Assembly (NCBI GenBank): GCA_010093705.1
Contig: MU006121.1
Coordinates: 1 to 64,000 of the forward strand
From: Patellaria atrata CBS 101060
Lineage: Eukaryota
Direction of reading: 5' to 3'
DNA: 64,000 bases
The first letter of the stretch is position 1, and each line of letters begins with the position of its first letter. Below the pieces are notes generated by a model that worked only from the letters and a program-made list of their open reading frames with translations, did not search any database and was not told the DNA's origin. The position numbers and the translations under genes were made by a program. Below, piece after piece: positions 62,587 to 64,000 of this stretch.

Positions 62587-63963
62587 TCAATCCACCAGTG
62601 CCTTCCAGTTCTTCCTACTTACGAAGCCCATTACCCCCTCGTCCGCCATTATATCTTTACACAACCTCCCTGTGACGACACTCCTCTCCACCTCCGCGCC
62701 ACCAACGACGAACGGCTCGAATCCACCCGTCCACTTCTTCCCACTCGCCGTGCGGACCTCGACAAAACCGGAGTTCGCTTTGTCGAGCGTGAGAAACCAT
62801 TGCCGCCGATGTATGGAGCCGATCGAGTTGGTGGCTCCGGTGTAGGCGTTATTGGTGCGGATGATGGAGGTTTCTTCGCTCGAGTCTTCGGAGGCATCCG
62901 CGATGCCCGCCGAGGTATTGAGTGGCGAAGAAGAGGTTAGGTTAGGCGATGAGAGAATTCTGGGGGATCTAGTACCGAGATCACTGTCGCTGTCCACGGT
63001 GTCTTCGGCTCCAGTAGGAGGAGGTATAACTCCCTCCTTTCGATGGCGTTTCCGTGGGGTGTGTCGCTTCGGAAAGTTAGCCTGGTTTTTGGATAGGGTA
63101 CTTAAGCGGAGAGAGATCGTATAGTTTTGGGGGAGACGACTGCCCCGGAGGCGTATCCGTATAGAGCCCTTGAACGGCATTTCCATTAGTACACAGGTCA
63201 ACATTCCCACATGTGCACTCCGTCTCCTGCATCACTTACTTGTTTGAAGGCGGCAATGAGCTTTTCGTGCTCTGGTACGCCGTCGGGGTCATCTCCTTGC
63301 GTAGATTCAAGATCTTCTTCGTCGGTTTCAGGTCCTTTGGGTTGTTCTTTTGTGACGATTGAGTATTCTCCCGTGTCCCAGATCAATAGAGAACCGGTGG
63401 CATGAGAAGCAGATTCAATGAGATGATTCTAGTATCGTTTGGATTAGTTTAGTCGATCATACTACTATGCTAATCATGAGAGTGTTGAATATAGTTTCAG
63501 CACAAAGATAATCATCTTTGAGCAATACTAAACCGCTCCTTGAGAAGAACTTTACATGTACTAACTAGGCAAATTACGACATCGTGAAAAAAGAGATACT
63601 AACCCACATGTTATGCACCCTTGTCTCGATGGCCAACCTCCCACGTCGCCTGGAGTTTGGGTTCCCTGGTACTCCATAAGGTATTGCGAAAGATATGCTA
63701 CTTGTCTGAGAAAATTGCAGTCGCAAATCATCTACCAGACTCAGGTCAGTTTACGGGCGTTTTTCTCACGAGGGCGGTATCAAGATGGCGTCAACGTACA
63801 ATGTGTTCCAGCGATGGGATGGTTATGTTGGTGAATGACAAAGTGCCCTCGACCGAAATTATTCTCTTCGCTCGTATTTGTCAGATACAATGTTTTGAAC
63901 TTCTCAATGCTCAGTCGCGGTTCATCCGCCAGAACCTCTCTGCTACATTGTTGAAACTTGGTG
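62587..63963 (-). CDS. LigD 3'-phosphoesterase (PE, LigD_N) domain protein; 5' end lies outside the window
   Basis: Exons 63963-63800, 63731-63604, 63428-63240, 63168-62587. Spliced product HFVIHQHNHPIAGTHYDLRLQ...SFAIPYGVPGNPNS...RLAIETRVHNMWNHLIE...GSLLIWDTGEY...GSIRIRLRGSRL follows the bacterial PE pattern FVVQ.H...HYDFRLE...SWAVPKG...RLA...H...IWD.G.Y...L.G.KL. Confidence 0.85.
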
Positions 63964-64000
63964 CTGAAGTATGTTAGATGGTCGTCGATTTTAGCTTTGC

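Noticed and set aside
18442..63963. A DNA repair/cell-cycle gene cluster (SRS2, CAC2, cyclin, PNG1, LigD PE)
   Set aside because: The genes are spread over 45 kb among unrelated housekeeping genes, with no sign of functional clustering.

Overview
Eukaryotic DNA from a filamentous ascomycete (Pezizomycotina-type short GT-AG introns with CTRAY branch sites; a finer assignment is not possible from this window). Bases 1-~9530 are an extremely AT-rich block. Reversing C>T/G>A changes by eye recovers a Ty3/Gypsy chromovirus pol (protease, RT, RNase H, integrase, chromodomain) plus a second RT-RNase H copy, consistent with repeat-induced point mutation (RIP). After a sharp boundary there are about 17 genes: ILV1, a MEMO1/MHO1 homolog, a Cys-rich hypothetical protein, SRS2/UvrD helicase, a disrupted ubiquitin-specific protease, a repeat-rich orphan, FAT1-like acyl-CoA synthetase, CAC2, an amidase, a PAP2 phosphatase, a G1-type cyclin, UTP4, PNG1, a SUR7/PalI protein, a hypothetical protein, a MUP1-like permease and, truncated at the right edge, an intron-containing homolog of the bacterial LigD 3'-phosphoesterase domain that the ORF track misses. 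Other points of interest: a possible spliced micropeptide gene (13.6-13.9 kb), a long AUG-free cyclin leader with a 1.2-kb intron, and intergenic enrichment of the palindrome TACNGTA. There is one 100-N gap. No tRNA, rRNA or CRISPR is supported. All family calls come from motif recognition by eye, not database searches.
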